In this document: one piece after another, positions 12,293-25,539 of the stretch
How positions within the stretch are numbered: position 1 is the stretch's first letter
Layout: each line of letters starts with the position of its first letter
Assembly (NCBI GenBank): GCA_946965045.2
Contig: OX337231.1
Coordinates: 620,001-684,000, forward strand
Source of the DNA: Epithemia pelagica
Lineage: Eukaryota; Protista; Bacillariophyta
DNA: 64,000 nt
Direction of reading: 5' to 3'
Position numbers and translations under genes: made by a program
Notes under the pieces: generated by a model
The model's database searches: none
The model's input: the letters and a program-made list of their open reading frames with translations, nothing else
Told to the model about the DNA's origin: nothing

Positions 12293-13264
12293 TTATTTCC
12301 CTGTCCAAATGCCCTTCTTGGATCCATTCTTGTTATCATTCTTGTCTTTCTTGGGTGGGGTCGAGTTTCTGAAAAAGCCCCGATACCCCCAATAGACGGT
12401 GGACCCAATGGCTGGAAAGTATATGATGCTCATTGGACGAGGAGGCCAACACAAAATGAATCTTTGCACCGAGACCTTCAACCAGTGATTGAGCATCTCC
12501 ACATAGTTATGATAAAATGACATGTGTTTGTTGTAAAAGGCCAACATCAAGGATACGATGCAAAACAAGGCACTTCCAATAAACTTGTTCATGACCCGAG
12601 TGTCGTACGATTCTCCACTGCGAGGAATCAAGTGCCCCTAGGCAATTGCTGCCAGCCAATTCAGAAGTCCTTGCAAGAAGGCAATGCGAGCTGTTAGATA
12701 TTCAAATTCAAAGTTTTCTCGCATAAACGCCAATGGGGTTGTATGTTCTGTCACTGGCACGACATGATCCATCTCATGCAAATGGCGACTCAACAACATT
12801 GTCCCCGTGACCGTTGTCACAAAGATTGCAACGACTTCCAAACCAAATGCACTCAAGAGCAAGGACGCCGTGAGTCGTTTCTTGAATTTTGTGATGGTCG
12901 AATCTTCGGGCATGATATCCAGATCTCCATTGCCAATATTCTCATAGATTGTTGCAATGACAGCACCTGCAATCAATGCGCTGGGCTCACCCAAATTCAT
13001 GCACCATTCGTAGGCTTCATCGACCAAGGCTGCGACCTCCCCATCCTGTCCACCACGTAACGAGAGCGTTGACTGGATGGTAGACGATGACGGCGTCGAC
13101 ACGGGGATGTCATATCCTGATTTCGATTGTTGTCGAACCTTTGAAAGCAGCGATGGAAGAGACTCAAACCGTCGCGAGGACACCCCGAAAGGTCTTCTGA
13201 TCCCTGATGCAAATGGCACGGACAGAAGATAAATCAAGGACCACTGGAACAATCGTTGGTTCAT
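12293..13264 (-). pseudogene. Multi-TM family copy B with one in-frame premature stop
   Basis: ORFs 12638-13273 and 12293-12631 are in the same frame, separated only by TAG at 12640-12638 (AIA*GHLIP vs AIALGHIVP and AIALAHIIP in the paralogs). Signal peptide MNQRLFQWSLIYLLSVPFASG and SLRGG motif. Confidence 0.8.
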
Positions 13265-13698
13265 TTCTAGCAAGCGGCGCCCAAATTATTTAGATCGGCG
13301 GTCTGTGATCTGTGATCTGTGAAATCGAGAAACCTCATCAACGATTATTATCGGTGATCGGTGAGAGATATCGTGATCGGCGGTGGTGTTGGTGGCACAG
13401 TTGTCAAAGACGTACGTGTCGAATTTAAAGTTTTAAATTTAAATTTTAGTTCTCTAGATTTTCTTGTGAATAGTTGGGTGCTAGAACCGCCGTTTTTGAT
13501 GCTATAATTGGGATTTTGCAACCTGCTCCTACCACTGTCACCCTTGTCCTTTGGCCGTATGACTACAACACTTTCGTCGTGAAGACAGAAGCTCGGGAAA
13601 TCCGATGGTGAACAGTGTCTGGAAACTGGAAACCCTTAAGTCAAAGTGTGATGAAATAGGGTAGATACCTTTGTCGGAAGATCGTAGGCCAGTATTTC

Positions 13699-13828
13699 CC
13701 TTAGATCCATGTCGATGTTGCACTCTGTGTCGAGGGTTGTTAAGGTAAGCTGGTCATGACGGTCCATCCTTAGCTCCATGTCGATGTTGCACTCTTTGTT
13801 GAGTGTTGTCGATGTAAGCTGGTCATGT
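13699..13828. repeat. Two-copy 69-bp tandem repeat (23 codons on the minus strand; probable gene remnant)
   Basis: ccttag(a/c)tccatgtcgatgttgcactct...gtaagctggtcatg at 13699 and 13768. The minus strand reads HDQLTSTTLNKECNIDMELR / HDQLTLTTLDTECNIDMDLR. Confidence 0.75.
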
Positions 13829-15217
13829 TCTTCCAGGAATACTTGTGATGATCAAGCTCAAAACATGGAAAACCATTGATTGATTTATAAATGCGATTAA
13901 TGGAAAACTCAACCTAAGAGCAAATAGGATCAGTCCTCTTCTTGCTTAGATACAATGGGCTTCCCACCCGCTGCCGACGATCGGAGTGGCGGTCATATTT
14001 TATCGGAATCGGATCGGAGTCACGGGATGTGTGCTACTGCGGACGAGTCTTGACACCCATATCATTCATCGCTTCCACATATCTACGAGTACTTAGTACT
14101 TAGATACACTTTAGATACTCCTACTAACTACCAGCACAAAGGCAAAGTCGATTGCAGCGGATGAGGGAAAACGGAACGGGATACGGCAAAAATTTGTGGT
14201 CATTGTCATTGGGTCATCCATGGAGAATTTGGAATGAAAAGAGAACCGGCAAGAGCCCACAACCCAGAGAGGTTGAACTAGCCGTTGTTGGTCGTTGCGG
14301 ATGCTGAAAGAGCCGTTGGCAACGCAGGTGTAGTGCGAAGTCCGAGGGGATGGGATTTTTCGGACGGACGGTGTCTCTAAATTTCTTCTATCCGTTGCGG
14401 TTTAGACTTAAATCAGTCACACTTTCTGTACAAAATTAATCCCTTGACACTTCTGTACACATGCCCAGAGCGCCATCGACATTGAAGCAAAAGAATCTTG
14501 TAAGGACGATGATGGGCTCTACTCTGAGTGATAGTATAACTACTTCAGACTATGTCAGAGTGTAGAACTCCCCGGCAGAAAATGGTAGCGATTGTGATCG
14601 TAACATAAATCGTGTCTTGAAATCCCATATCGAAATTTTAAAAATCGAAGATGCAGTGTAGAAATCTCATCAAAGATACTGTACGTACTTCGCGAAGGTC
14701 ATCTGATCACAGTCACCCAACAAGCTGTCTTTATTCGTACTTTACACTATTTAGTAAGACGTTCTACTCTTCTACTCATTCTCTTTGGATCAACCAATTT
14801 CAACTAGAATCAAGCCCCCAAATTCCTGCGCCTCAAGATGGATGATTGCGCGCTTCAATGTAGACTTCCGGTACAAAGAGTGCGTAGCTCCAGCAGTCAA
14901 ACCCGGTAGAACGCTCGTACGTGGAAGAGATGAGGTGTGAGGTGATCCCGTACAATGCTGTGGGCTTCTCGTCGCGTTTTTCTTCGTTGTTGCGAAGAGT
15001 GCCGTTGGGTGCTGTTGTATGTTCATCTATGTAGGACCGTGTACGCCCCGTTTCAGATGCTTTCTTTTTTCTCCTCACACAACAACAACAAGGGGAGATT
15101 GTGCGCGTTCCCTGACACAAAAATACAAGTGAGTGAGGATATCCTCCAGAAAGGCCAACATCCTTCTCTCACTCTAACGATTCAGACCTCCATTTTTCAG
15201 GAAAGAGAAGAGATAAG

Positions 15218-16087
15218 ATGGCGACCGATCTTCCTTCTGTCATTTATGTTGATTCGAGACAAGGAGACGATGACTTTGCCGCCTCCTTTGGTGAACGAAA
15301 TCCGAACAATGATATGGACATGATGATTGACGACGATGATATGTTGGATGTTACAGCCGAGTTGGATAACCAACACTACGAGTCATCGATACCACCGGCT
15401 ACTCCTTCTCCGCCGACGTCCAAGTCGTTTCTTCGACAAGCACCAGCGGTGTCATTCTCCTCTGATTCTTTCTTGTTCAATACCTCCTCACCCGAGAACA
15501 CTCCCTCCAGAAGGCAACGACGAAGTTCCAGTTTCTTCCTTCGACGTGAAGGCCAAACGTCTCTCTTTCCCGGCAGTACCAACAACAACAACAGCTATCA
15601 TTCCACCAAGTTTTCCTATGGAGGCAACACTGCCGCCACTACCAGCATTACCAACACATGCTGCACACCTTCAATCCCAGGAGATTATGGCTCGGCCGTG
15701 GCTTCTTGTTCTCAAGCGTCTGTTTCGGTCCCCTCAACTCATTTGGCTGCTCAGTATATGGAGGGTATGCGAAGATTGTCAAGATCTATTCGACATTCCG
15801 AAATGACTCGAACTGCCCTCCGAAGAGAAGGTGTTTCATTGCGAAGTACCCCAAGAACACATTCGTTGCCACCGGATATGTTGATGGCCATGTCCGAATC
15901 TCTCCGGTCCTCAAGCACTCCTGTTTCCCCTCCCTCTCCTCCCTTGACACCACCCACTTTGGTGGTAGCAGACATTGAAGAACACGATGATGAACGAGAC
16001 CAAGAATCGCACATCTTCTCCTCCTGGGCCGATGCAGCCGAGATGACACCCTCTGTCGCCGAACTCCGTCAAGCCCTGCAAGCATAA
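15218..16087 (+). CDS. Hypothetical S/T/P-rich disordered protein
   Basis: 289-aa ATG-initiated ORF with low complexity and short ordered-looking motifs (YMEGMRRLSRSIRHSEMTRTAL; HIFSSWADAAE). Confidence 0.6.
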   Translation: MATDLPSVIYVDSRQGDDDFAASFGERNPNNDMDMMIDDDDMLDVTAELDNQHYESSIPPATPSPPTSKSFLRQAPAVSFSSDSFLFNTSSPENTPSRRQRRSSSFFLRREGQTSLFPGSTNNNNSYHSTKFSYGGNTAATTSITNTCCTPSIPGDYGSAVASCSQASVSVPSTHLAAQYMEGMRRLSRSIRHSEMTRTALRREGVSLRSTPRTHSLPPDMLMAMSESLRSSSTPVSPPSPPLTPPTLVVADIEEHDDERDQESHIFSSWADAAEMTPSVAELRQALQA

Positions 16088-16711
16088 CCCGAGAAGGATC
16101 ATGACCTTCTGTTCTTAAGCACATTCTTTCTCCTTTTGTTTCAAGCTGTGCCTGCTAATGCATGAATGTTTAATTCGCTCAGTTGTTCCAAATGGATGAT
16201 ACCGACAACTTCATTCTTTCTTTCTCTTTCAGTCCATATATAGCTTCGTTCCGCAAAACGGTCCATACATAAAAGTAACACATAGAGCAGGCCAAATTCG
16301 ATTGACAATGCAAAATCCTTGTTCTTTTCGACTGCAATCTCCTCTTTGGTTAGGGAACAGTCACGTGTTTGCTCGTTTTGTTGGATTGAAACAGCCGAGG
16401 TCTACAAACAAGCATTTGAAGTAGGAGTAATCCGTCTGGATGACTGTTTCTTGTGTATAGAAGAACCCCATTTTGTGGCGTTGGACGATCGATCACATGT
16501 CAAACGAGGAGGCATGTACAGGGTGGATCATTGGAAATCTATGGTCACACAACGCGGTCTGTAATTTCTCGTAGGTCGTGGTGAATCTAACGGAGAGATA
16601 GTAAAACGGATCCATGTGTGTTCTAAAGGCTTGAGGAATGGGCTTACAAGTCAAGACAGCAACAGCAAGGTTCGCTGTCGACAGATGGTGATGGTCTGCT
16701 TCTCCGGTTCC

Positions 16712-18790
16712 TCAACGCTCACTTTCTTGAGAATAAGCTATTTCTTTCCGCTGACGAGCGAACCTAGCAACACCAGAAAAGTTAACAGAATAGAAAGCGT
16801 CCAATTCCTGTTCTCGGACAAGGGCGTAGGGGTATTCAAGCGAATCTTGCGCAGTTGTCGCCGACCCGGCTCCAATAACGTTCACGATGCATAGAACTTC
16901 CATTTCTTGGTTTTGTTCTCGAATCAAGTTTGCTGCCGTATTGAGATCTTTGACTGCCTTAGGTACGTCCTTGTTAAGCTTGTCTTGTATGAGCACAACA
17001 GCCTGATCTCTTCCGTACGATGCAACAAAAGCGCGGTCAATTAACGGGTTCTGCATAGTAGACGGTGCGTAGTATTTCTGTTCGGACAATTTCTTGCCTT
17101 CTCGGGTGAGAACTGGCTGGCGTCCACTAACCTTCAGAATAGACTCTGTGCTAATGGTCATTCCTTTCGGGTAGTTAAGCTTGTAGAACCACGCTGCGTC
17201 ATGCTTGCTGGATTTCGTAGGGACTACGACCTCTTGCTTTCCGGATAACACAGGCAATCCGATGTTTGCACGGAAAAGGTCATAGACTGTGCCGAACTGC
17301 TCTAATTGCTTTGCAGGATCCGTAAAGGCGAACTCGCAGTTGAAAAGTCCAAAGAGTGGATGCTTCCTGTCTATCATGTCATCATCAGATATGACACCAA
17401 ATGCACCGCATATCAAAGGAGGAGGGAGAGCTCCTGAACGGTCAAGAAAATCTTCCAGGGTGCTCATTCTGTTCGCCGGTTGCGATGATCTCGCAATCCC
17501 TTTGCAACAATCCGACACGTAGTCTTTTATACTTTCGAACAGGTCTCCGAAACTTGCAACTCTTACTTTCCATCGATGAAAGACTTTAAGAAGAACGGAC
17601 GGCACTGTTGAAGCTAAGTCATTAGCAACCACTTGAGCGGCAAATACCATAGATCGAAAGTGCAACCAGCGGCAGAAATGACCAAGGCTTTGCACTTCTG
17701 CATGTCGCGTCCGCACAGATATCCTCGGAGTACAACTCCAACCGCAGATACGTCACAATTTGGTGGATCAAATTTTATGACAGGCCTCCCATTTGAAGTA
17801 GCAAAAGCGGCGTCTCGAAGAGAGGTAATGAAAAATGAGACTTGCTGGTGGCTATTGTCTTTGAAGCACATAGCCGCGATTTCTCCTGCCAATGACACGA
17901 CACGTCGTATGGTTGCAAAGTTTTTCAGTTACATGATCTCATCCACTCCAATAATGACAGAATTCTCGATTTTTCCCAGCTGTTGTACGGCAATGTACGG
18001 CAATTTGCCGCAGCGTAAGGGAATCTACTGAGAGCAGAGGACAACCAATCTCGCTGGTAAGGAATTTGGGAAATGCTTTGTTGGGAAGGTTCGCGAGACG
18101 AAGTAGAATCCGAAGCGAAAGTGCCCGATCAGGGTCATTGATGTCATACCGCAGATCTTGCTCTAAATTGTAGGTGATGTAGATCCCATGATGCTTGAGA
18201 ATCTTTGGAGCCTCTAGGAGAAGGTGTGATTTCCCACAGCCAGTACCCAAACGAATACCCACCACTCGTGCGGTGTGATTCCCATCTTGTGGCTTATTTA
18301 TATTCTGTCGTAATTTGGCACAAGTATCCCTGAGGTATTGCTTCAAGATGTCTTTGTGACCCATCCATGTATCGTGAATCTTGATGGGGCTGCAAATGTC
18401 ATTTTCAGACTCCATGTCGTCTGCTCTAAACTGAACTGAGATCTGCTCCAGCGCAGAAAATGCAGCGTCAAATTTCTTGGCATTGATCAAGTCTGCTATC
18501 GTCGATGAGGTTGTCTCTTCTGTCTTTTGCTTTTTCGCACTAATGGGAGGCAGATTATAGACAACTTCCGGTTTTAAGGTGTCATACTCGTCGTGAACAA
18601 CACCTTCAGCATCAAGTAAATACTTGTACGTGAGTTTGGATCCCAAGTTGTCCTCTTCGCTAAGCTCCTGCAGCCAGCGAAGAAGACCCAGAGAGTTGAT
18701 TAGCGCAGCATCGTCGTTCGACCGAATTTGAATTATCTTGGGTTCCATATTGTTGCTTTTGTTTATCTCTTTGTTGCTTGGATTATCCAT
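16712..18790 (-). pseudogene. P-loop NTPase + restriction-endonuclease-fold protein (Crinkler CR-NTPase/REase-like), pseudogene
   Basis: Walker A LGTGCGKS. Removing a 10-bp tandem duplication (17984-18003) restores Walker B SVIIGVDE. In-frame TAA at 17931-17929 and a 1-nt deletion near 17665 (GLHFRSM). The C-terminal LIDRAFVASYGRDQAVVLIQDK fits a D...(Q)xK nuclease motif. Confidence 0.6.
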
Positions 18791-19730
18791 GTCGTAGGTA
18801 GAGGTTGCTTGAGATCGTAGTGGCTGCTGCTGAAATCGGGTCCAAAAGGTCCATTAATTAATGAATGTGCAAGCGTCAAGAAAGATAAGGCCGGCAATCA
18901 GAGGAGAAGTGGCATGTGCCGTCACGGACGTGGTAAATTATAAGAAATGATGTGAGGGCTTCAATGTGTTCACTCATTGATGCTGTCATGCGCAATTGAT
19001 TGTTGTTGCTGCGGTATTGTAGCTCAATACCAACAGGCAAAAAGACCAGAATCTCAAAATCGAATACAGATTCACTATCACAAATTCAAACTCACTTTTG
19101 ATGAGGCCTCGCTTTCCTCTGCAGCTTTACGAAGTTTCGCAATGTATAAGCACCTCGACGAGTTTGTTTCCCGAAATCAGTGATACCCAGCGCCTCACAG
19201 GCTTTGTCTAAGTCGCTCAATGGATTCACGTAGAGAAATTGTAATCTCGCCGCTTCAGCCTTCGTCTCAAACACAATCTCGTAGTATCTCGTTTGTGTAG
19301 TGTTCCTTGAACTGGGCAGTCGTACTATCGGTGAACTCCAGTGATAGGAGGGTCCAAACAAATCGATCAAAGGTCCAGACAGCCCGCTTGTGACAAGGGG
19401 CCACATCGACGAACCCCGTAGCCATGGTTGCATGAAAAACTGAAAACTCCGGTAACAGACTCAGGGACCACCCCAACCTGCTCAGAAACACCCCCGCTAA
19501 TAGAGGGGGTGGTGCGTGTGGTGTTGTGGTTATGTTTCTGGATTAATACCTGATGATAACTGCCATGAATACGCGCTAGGGTGTATTTATCAAACAAGAT
19601 ACCCTGATCCCTGATTCGACAGACACAATTGAAACCGCCAAGGCGGTAAAGGACGGCTGAGTTCAGTATCAGTAGTACAGTGGACAGGACTATTCTATTT
19701 ATCCTTGGCAGCACTTACTAGAAATGAAAG

Positions 19731-22700
19731 TTAATTATGTCTTTCAACGAGCTGAACCGCGGGTGGCGGACGTTTAGTTGTCCGGAAATGTACATGAAAC
19801 TCTTTACATTCAGCAGACATTCCACGACATTTGTCGGCTATAAGTGGTTTTGCAAGGAAAAGGCCTTTGAGCTGGCAAACTCTCGACAAACAAACATAGT
19901 TCCAATTGCCCGTGTAGTCCCAGTTCGATATGTAAAGAAATTCGATTGATCTCCCTTGTAGCTTATGAACAGTCCTTGCATTGGACACATTGAGAGGAAG
20001 CTGCGTCATTTTCATCGTTTTCCTCACTCGTTTCATGCCGAACATGGGGAGTGGGAACTACACTTGTTGAGTAACAGTCTGAGGCTTCAAAAGAACAACA
20101 TGGTTCTGGTTTCCATCAACCACTTTCACCTTGATTGCCTCGATTTGAGTGACCTTAAGACTCCAAACATAATATCCATCAATCAATATTTTCTCCAAAT
20201 CAGTTAATGTCACCCCTTGCTTAAGGAGAACGCCATTGAATTCACACATGGCTCCATTAGCAATACATGACTCAACGTCTTTGTTTTCATTGATACACAA
20301 CGGTCTTCCATAATACAGTTTCAAAAGTGGATCATATCTCTTGTTGTCTCGTCCTTGCCAGTGACCCTCACCACAGGTGGCATATAGGATATCTTCACTT
20401 GCCTTGTTGAAATCAACATAGTCATTTCTTGTTCCCGCTTTTTTCCACTTCAAGTTGGACGCTTTGATACAGATTGTGTGCATGGGAGGGTCAACATTAG
20501 GATCTTTTGAATGGGTATTTTCCAGATGTTTAGCAAAAATGGCATCATTGATTGCTGCTCGATCAAGATTAGTTTTCGTTGCATAAACCACATTTGGAGG
20601 AATGTCTTTCTCTGTTGGTCCATGTTTAGATCCAACAACACGAGTATTGATTGTCGCCACATCACCATTGCTTGGTCCCTCATCTCGAAATGTCTCAAGA
20701 ATTGTCCCCCATGGTGGATCAAGGCGAAACCTGTGATTTGTCTTAAGTTCAAGGAATGTGTGTACCCAGTCATACCATTTCACGAAGTCCTTAAAAAGGA
20801 ATAATGGTTGGGCTTTGACTGGTTTCAGTTGTGTGAAATCACCTGCAAAGACAAGAGCAATTCCACCAAAGGCTGCATCCGGCTGCAATATTTGTCGCAA
20901 TTTGTGATCAAGAGTATCAACCACTTCTTTTGAGGCAAATGAAATTTCATCAACGATCAACAGATAAGCATTTTTCCATTGCTCTGGTTCCTTGGTAATT
21001 GCTCTGTTTAGTGCACAAGCCATAGCAGTTGTTTCTCCGTTTATCCCAACTGCTGCAGCACCTGTAAGAGCAGTAACGACAATAGTTCTCTTGTCATACC
21101 TGATGTGGAGGTTGTAGCACAAATTTTTGGCGTATCGTACAATTGTTTTGATAACGTGGCTTTTCCCAGACCCCCCTGCTCCTGATAGAAATGCAATGAA
21201 TTGGTTTCCCCTGTTGACGTTTTGCAATGTCTTTTGAATGTTGTCAAGTTTCCGTCGTTTCCGTGTAGGCATTGCTTCAGGATTTGTATTTGAATTTCGG
21301 TTTGCCTCATCATGCAAACACACTATAAAGCAGAAATGATTGCTTCGAATGCATAGCGCTGATCCATATCGTCTCTGAAATGGTGGGCTGCATATTCGCG
21401 TATATTTTTCAATGTCCCAATCGCTCTGATATCTTGCTGTCCATCACCAGCTGTAATTCTCTCTGTCCGTGAAATTGCCAATTCATGAAGAGCTGCTTTG
21501 GTTACATGATGAGAAAAGGACGTTTCAGGGGTGGACTCAAGACCCACATGTGAAGCTGAGGTGTCTTCCAGGAGCTGTAGAACATTTCCTGTAAAGCCGT
21601 TGTCTTCATCTATAACAGGTGTAACAATGTTTTGAATGCCACAGTTTGACGTTCCACATTTGCGAATGATACATGATGGAATCTGATAAATGTTGGTTGG
21701 CGACCTCAAGTCAAGTCCTTTCTCATTCATGTCATTGACCGTCTCAATAAGCTCCTCAAAGGCACTGTCAAAATCTTTGTGAAGAGCACTATCCTCATCA
21801 TTTTCATTATCATATTCGTCATGGACACAACAGTTGTCAGTTGGCTTTTGTGTTTCTTTTTCCAGAGGATCCACTGGTCTTCCAGAATTTAGACTGTTCC
21901 GACAATCTTGAATGTTAGCAAGAATTTGCCGATGCTCAGCTGTGATCATTCCACTCCGAAGTGCTGCTTGGAAACATTTAACAAATGAACCATCCTTTGT
22001 CAAATCTCCTGGAAAGGATCTGAATGAATGGAACAAGATGTTTGCTTTTTTTGCATAAAGTTCCATGTAATGATGTTCCTCGTGCAAGATATCATCCGGC
22101 ATTTCTTCTGTTTCAATGTTTTGATTCCCAAAATATTTGGTGTCAACAAAATCTTTGTAAGTCACAAGTGATATCTTTGTATGTTTTGCGGCTGTTACAC
22201 CAAGATGGTCTTTTGAAGGGTGTTCCTTGATCCATTCCAAGCTTTTTGATGTTTTCCTGGTCACTGTGAAGTTGGACAGAAAATCATACAAACAAACATC
22301 TTCAAGTTCTTCTGGGCAGAACAAGTAATTTGCAACATCTGACGTCAGAAAGGTGTTTCCATCAATCGAATCAAGGGACAAATCTTGCAAGGTTGCTTTT
22401 TCAAAATTTTTGAGATTCACATATGCAAAATCATGTGAATAACAAAACCTTGAGCCATTATTTCGCACTAAGTAAGAAGCCATCGGTGCACTGCATATAT
22501 GTGCAGAAGTGGACAGCAACATTGCCCCAATTAATGCCCTCATTCCAGAAGTTTCACGGTCTTGCTCAACTGTCTCAATTTCTGTCGAATTGGTAGTCTG
22601 CTCAAGTTCAAGCAATCTTTCCCGCATTTTTCGTATCATTTGTTTAGCTGCATTTGTAAACAGTGAACTGTCTTCTTCTTGAGTATTCTTAGAAATGTAA

Positions 22701-25539
22701 CATGTCATATACATGACACTTCCTCCGTCAACAGCTGTCACAACATTAGTATTGCAACCAAAAATCTGGCTTGCATGACAATTGTGAATATTGACAAATG
22801 CATCATGGTGTTTTCGATTTGCTTCCAGTGTGAACAATTGTCTGGATTGATCATTGCCTTTCCAATCAAACCACTTTGTTGAATCTTCTGAAAACTTCAA
22901 CTCTGTTTTTTCACACTCTGCACACGGAATATGCATACGACACTCGTCTCCTTTCTTGAAACAAGAAATAGCATGTTTTGAGCGATGCAAATTGAGTAAT
23001 ACTGTCAGAACAAAGGTGCCATCAGTTGTCATTCTCTTGGGATGTAAGATCTGCTGACGCATCAGGAACAATTCCATTGAATTTGTGAGTGGAACATTGA
23101 AGGATGAAGCTTGTGCCATTGGGTCATTCTGTGGTTGTTGTTCTTGAAAAGCCATGGCTGGGAGAATGTTTTTCAATCTGGAAAGAACAAGAGCTTCACT
23201 TGTCATTGCTGTGTTGCAGTTTGCGCATCTGACAATTGATTTCCCACCAAGGGATGTTACACCAATCTTTGTTCGCAAATTCCGAATGTCTTGTTTGGAA
23301 CATGGGTGGAAGGCACGTGAGACACAAGCATCATTTATACAAGGCGGAATAGTTTCGCCATGCATATGTGTGCTCATGACCTTTGATGCATAGTCAACTA
23401 AGAGCTTCGAAAAGTGTTCTCTTGTTGCCTGATTGGCAAGTCCTTTCAATAACTTTGACCACTTTAACAACCATAAGAGAAAATGATCATGAAGTGTTTT
23501 TCTTCCTTGCTCCTCAACTGCATCACACCACGCAAGCAAATCACCAAATAAACCTTCATCAATTTTGTTCATTCTCTTTTTCATATCCCAGCCAAGGAGA
23601 TGCTCAATCGTTATTGCAATCACATTTTCAAAGTCAATACCACACATTCCCGGGTGAATCTGTCTAATGCGAGCACAGTCAAGGATGAATTCTTGTTGAT
23701 CCAAAGTTGAAGTTGTAGCTGGGTTAGGTGGAATTGCTTCACCAACCTTTTTGTTCACCATTACACGCAGTCTGAAATTTACGGCATCTTCTGGTGTAAT
23801 TGTAAACATCACATTTGGCAAACCAAATTTTGCAATCATTGCTAGCATATTTTGTCGTGCTTTTCTGGCAGCTCCTGCAGTGTGTCCCATAGAAGATGCG
23901 ACAGCTTTCATCTTTCTCAAAAACTGGTCACTAGGACCTGATCCCTGGGCATTTTCAAGATGGCGCTTGATTGCATCTTGAATCTGTTGGTCAGTGATTG
24001 TAGCAAATGATTCTGCTTGTGTATCACTGGTTCGCAAATATGAATTTGAGACCATTCTTTGACGCTCAAACATATTGTGTACGACACATACAAAATCAGC
24101 ATGGTGAAAAAACTTGCTTGAGTGTCGCATCAGATGCCCAAAGTAACTCATTCTAACATGGGGATTTCCATCTTTATCATAGGCACCAATCCCATAGGGA
24201 AACTGTAAAGGAAATGCCTTCAGGAGATTAGAACCTTGATAGTCTTTCAACAAGGTTTTCGAAGGTCTTGAAATCAATGTTGCATCTTTATTGTCATGGT
24301 CTGCCAAAAGACGATCAAGCGTCATTTGCTTGAAATCATCCTGGGAGGAGAACCCTCCATTTTTCTGCTGAGGTTCATCAGAATCAGGGAAGACCGCCGT
24401 GATTTCAAAAACTTGCTCAACATTGGACGTTGAGGCAGGTGCGTCATCACTTTTGTCAATGACAATTGGTTTTACAAGATGTTCTGGTGGCAAATCAAAG
24501 TCATGGTACAAATGATTGTGTTGTTTCAACCATTGTAGCGCTTTTTTGACCAAATTCCATCGAACGTTTGTGCGCTGACGAGTCAAAGCTTTCTGTGTAG
24601 GTGTGGAAGGACCTGTTAAAACAACAGCAATTTGAGGCAGAAGAGGCGATTCATTGCTATTAAGTGGCGGTTGATCTGTGTCATCATTTTCATTCATATT
24701 GTCGCTGATGCCACTATTATTGTCTTGAATGTCATTTCCAACATCACTGACATTGTCATCATCACTATCATCCATGTCGTGATCAAAAAGTTCTGTCCAT
24801 GGAGCAGCAATGTCTTGGCCAGTATGTTCACTTTGTTGTTCGCCATGATTAGGAAGTGCACTGTCAGCTTGTCCTGTTGCTGACAGACACCAATTTATAA
24901 CCCCATTGACAGCTTTGAGGTCATTGTAATACAAGGAGTGCCAACCCTTAATTGATTTATGTGATCCTGCCGTGAATGAAAAAACGTGTTTGTTTGTCCT
25001 CGCCGGCGAAATGAGTGCGAGCTCGACCTCATTCAGAGTTTGCAAGCAAAGAGGTGTAGGACCAATCATAAAGCCATTGATAATAGCATTTTTGGGAATT
25101 TTATCAGGGTCACTATTCCTTTTTTTCATGTAAATGATGCAATGGTAACATTCTGAGCAACATCCAAATCCTTCAGATTGTCCCTTTTTGATTGCATAAG
25201 AGGACGGTGAAAGAACCAAGCTTTGCAGCGGACGATACTTTCTGTTGGAATGAGAGGAATCGTAACACGTTTGTGTGTAATGTTTCTTGATCTGTTTCTG
25301 GCTCTCTAGTCCGGTACCATCGTGTGAAAAGTCAAGATTAGACTTCATGAATTTTGGTTTATTTTCTCATGAAGAATATCATCAATCTTCAGGCATTTCT
25401 CTGACCCAACCTTGATGAATTGATCACAGACACAACATACTTTTGGGGAAAACAAGTCTCCTTTCTTAGTCAATAGAGAATCCCGACTTGCCACTGCTCT
25501 GGCTATTCTTTTTTGGATCGAGGTGTCTCTAGCTAACAT
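19731..25539 (-). mobile_element. Helitron-type Rep/PIF1-helicase gene (about 1900 aa if repaired), disrupted
   Basis: N-terminal CCVCDQF. Rep HUH motif DAVEEQGRKTLHDHFLLW and tyrosine motif YMTCYISK. PIF1 motifs FLSGAGGSGKS, LLIVDEISF, FAGDFTQLKPV, LKTNHRF, ARTVHKLQGRSI. Lesions: frameshifts near 25355 and 21327 (homopolymers) and an in-frame TAG at 20060-20058. Element termini not identified. Confidence 0.92.

Noticed and set aside
5601-13264. Inverted two-gene block duplication (TM-EEP / EEP-TM)
   Set aside because: All four genes are on the same strand, so the mirror order is not an inversion. TM copies A and B are far more diverged than the EEP pair.
19489-19511. Hairpin caccccc-gctaataga-gggggtg as the Helitron 3' terminus
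   Set aside because: On the RepHel strand the nearest CTRR (ctga) is only 3 nt away and is followed by G, not T, which does not fit the canonical end.
19092-19714. Minus-strand ORFs between RepHel and the NTPase gene (SAP-like KACEALGI segment)
   Set aside because: The fragments are in different frames and too short to assign; the similarity is only impressionistic.
19717-19721. CTAG-T just after the helicase stop as the Helitron end
   Set aside because: There is no GC-rich hairpin upstream of it.
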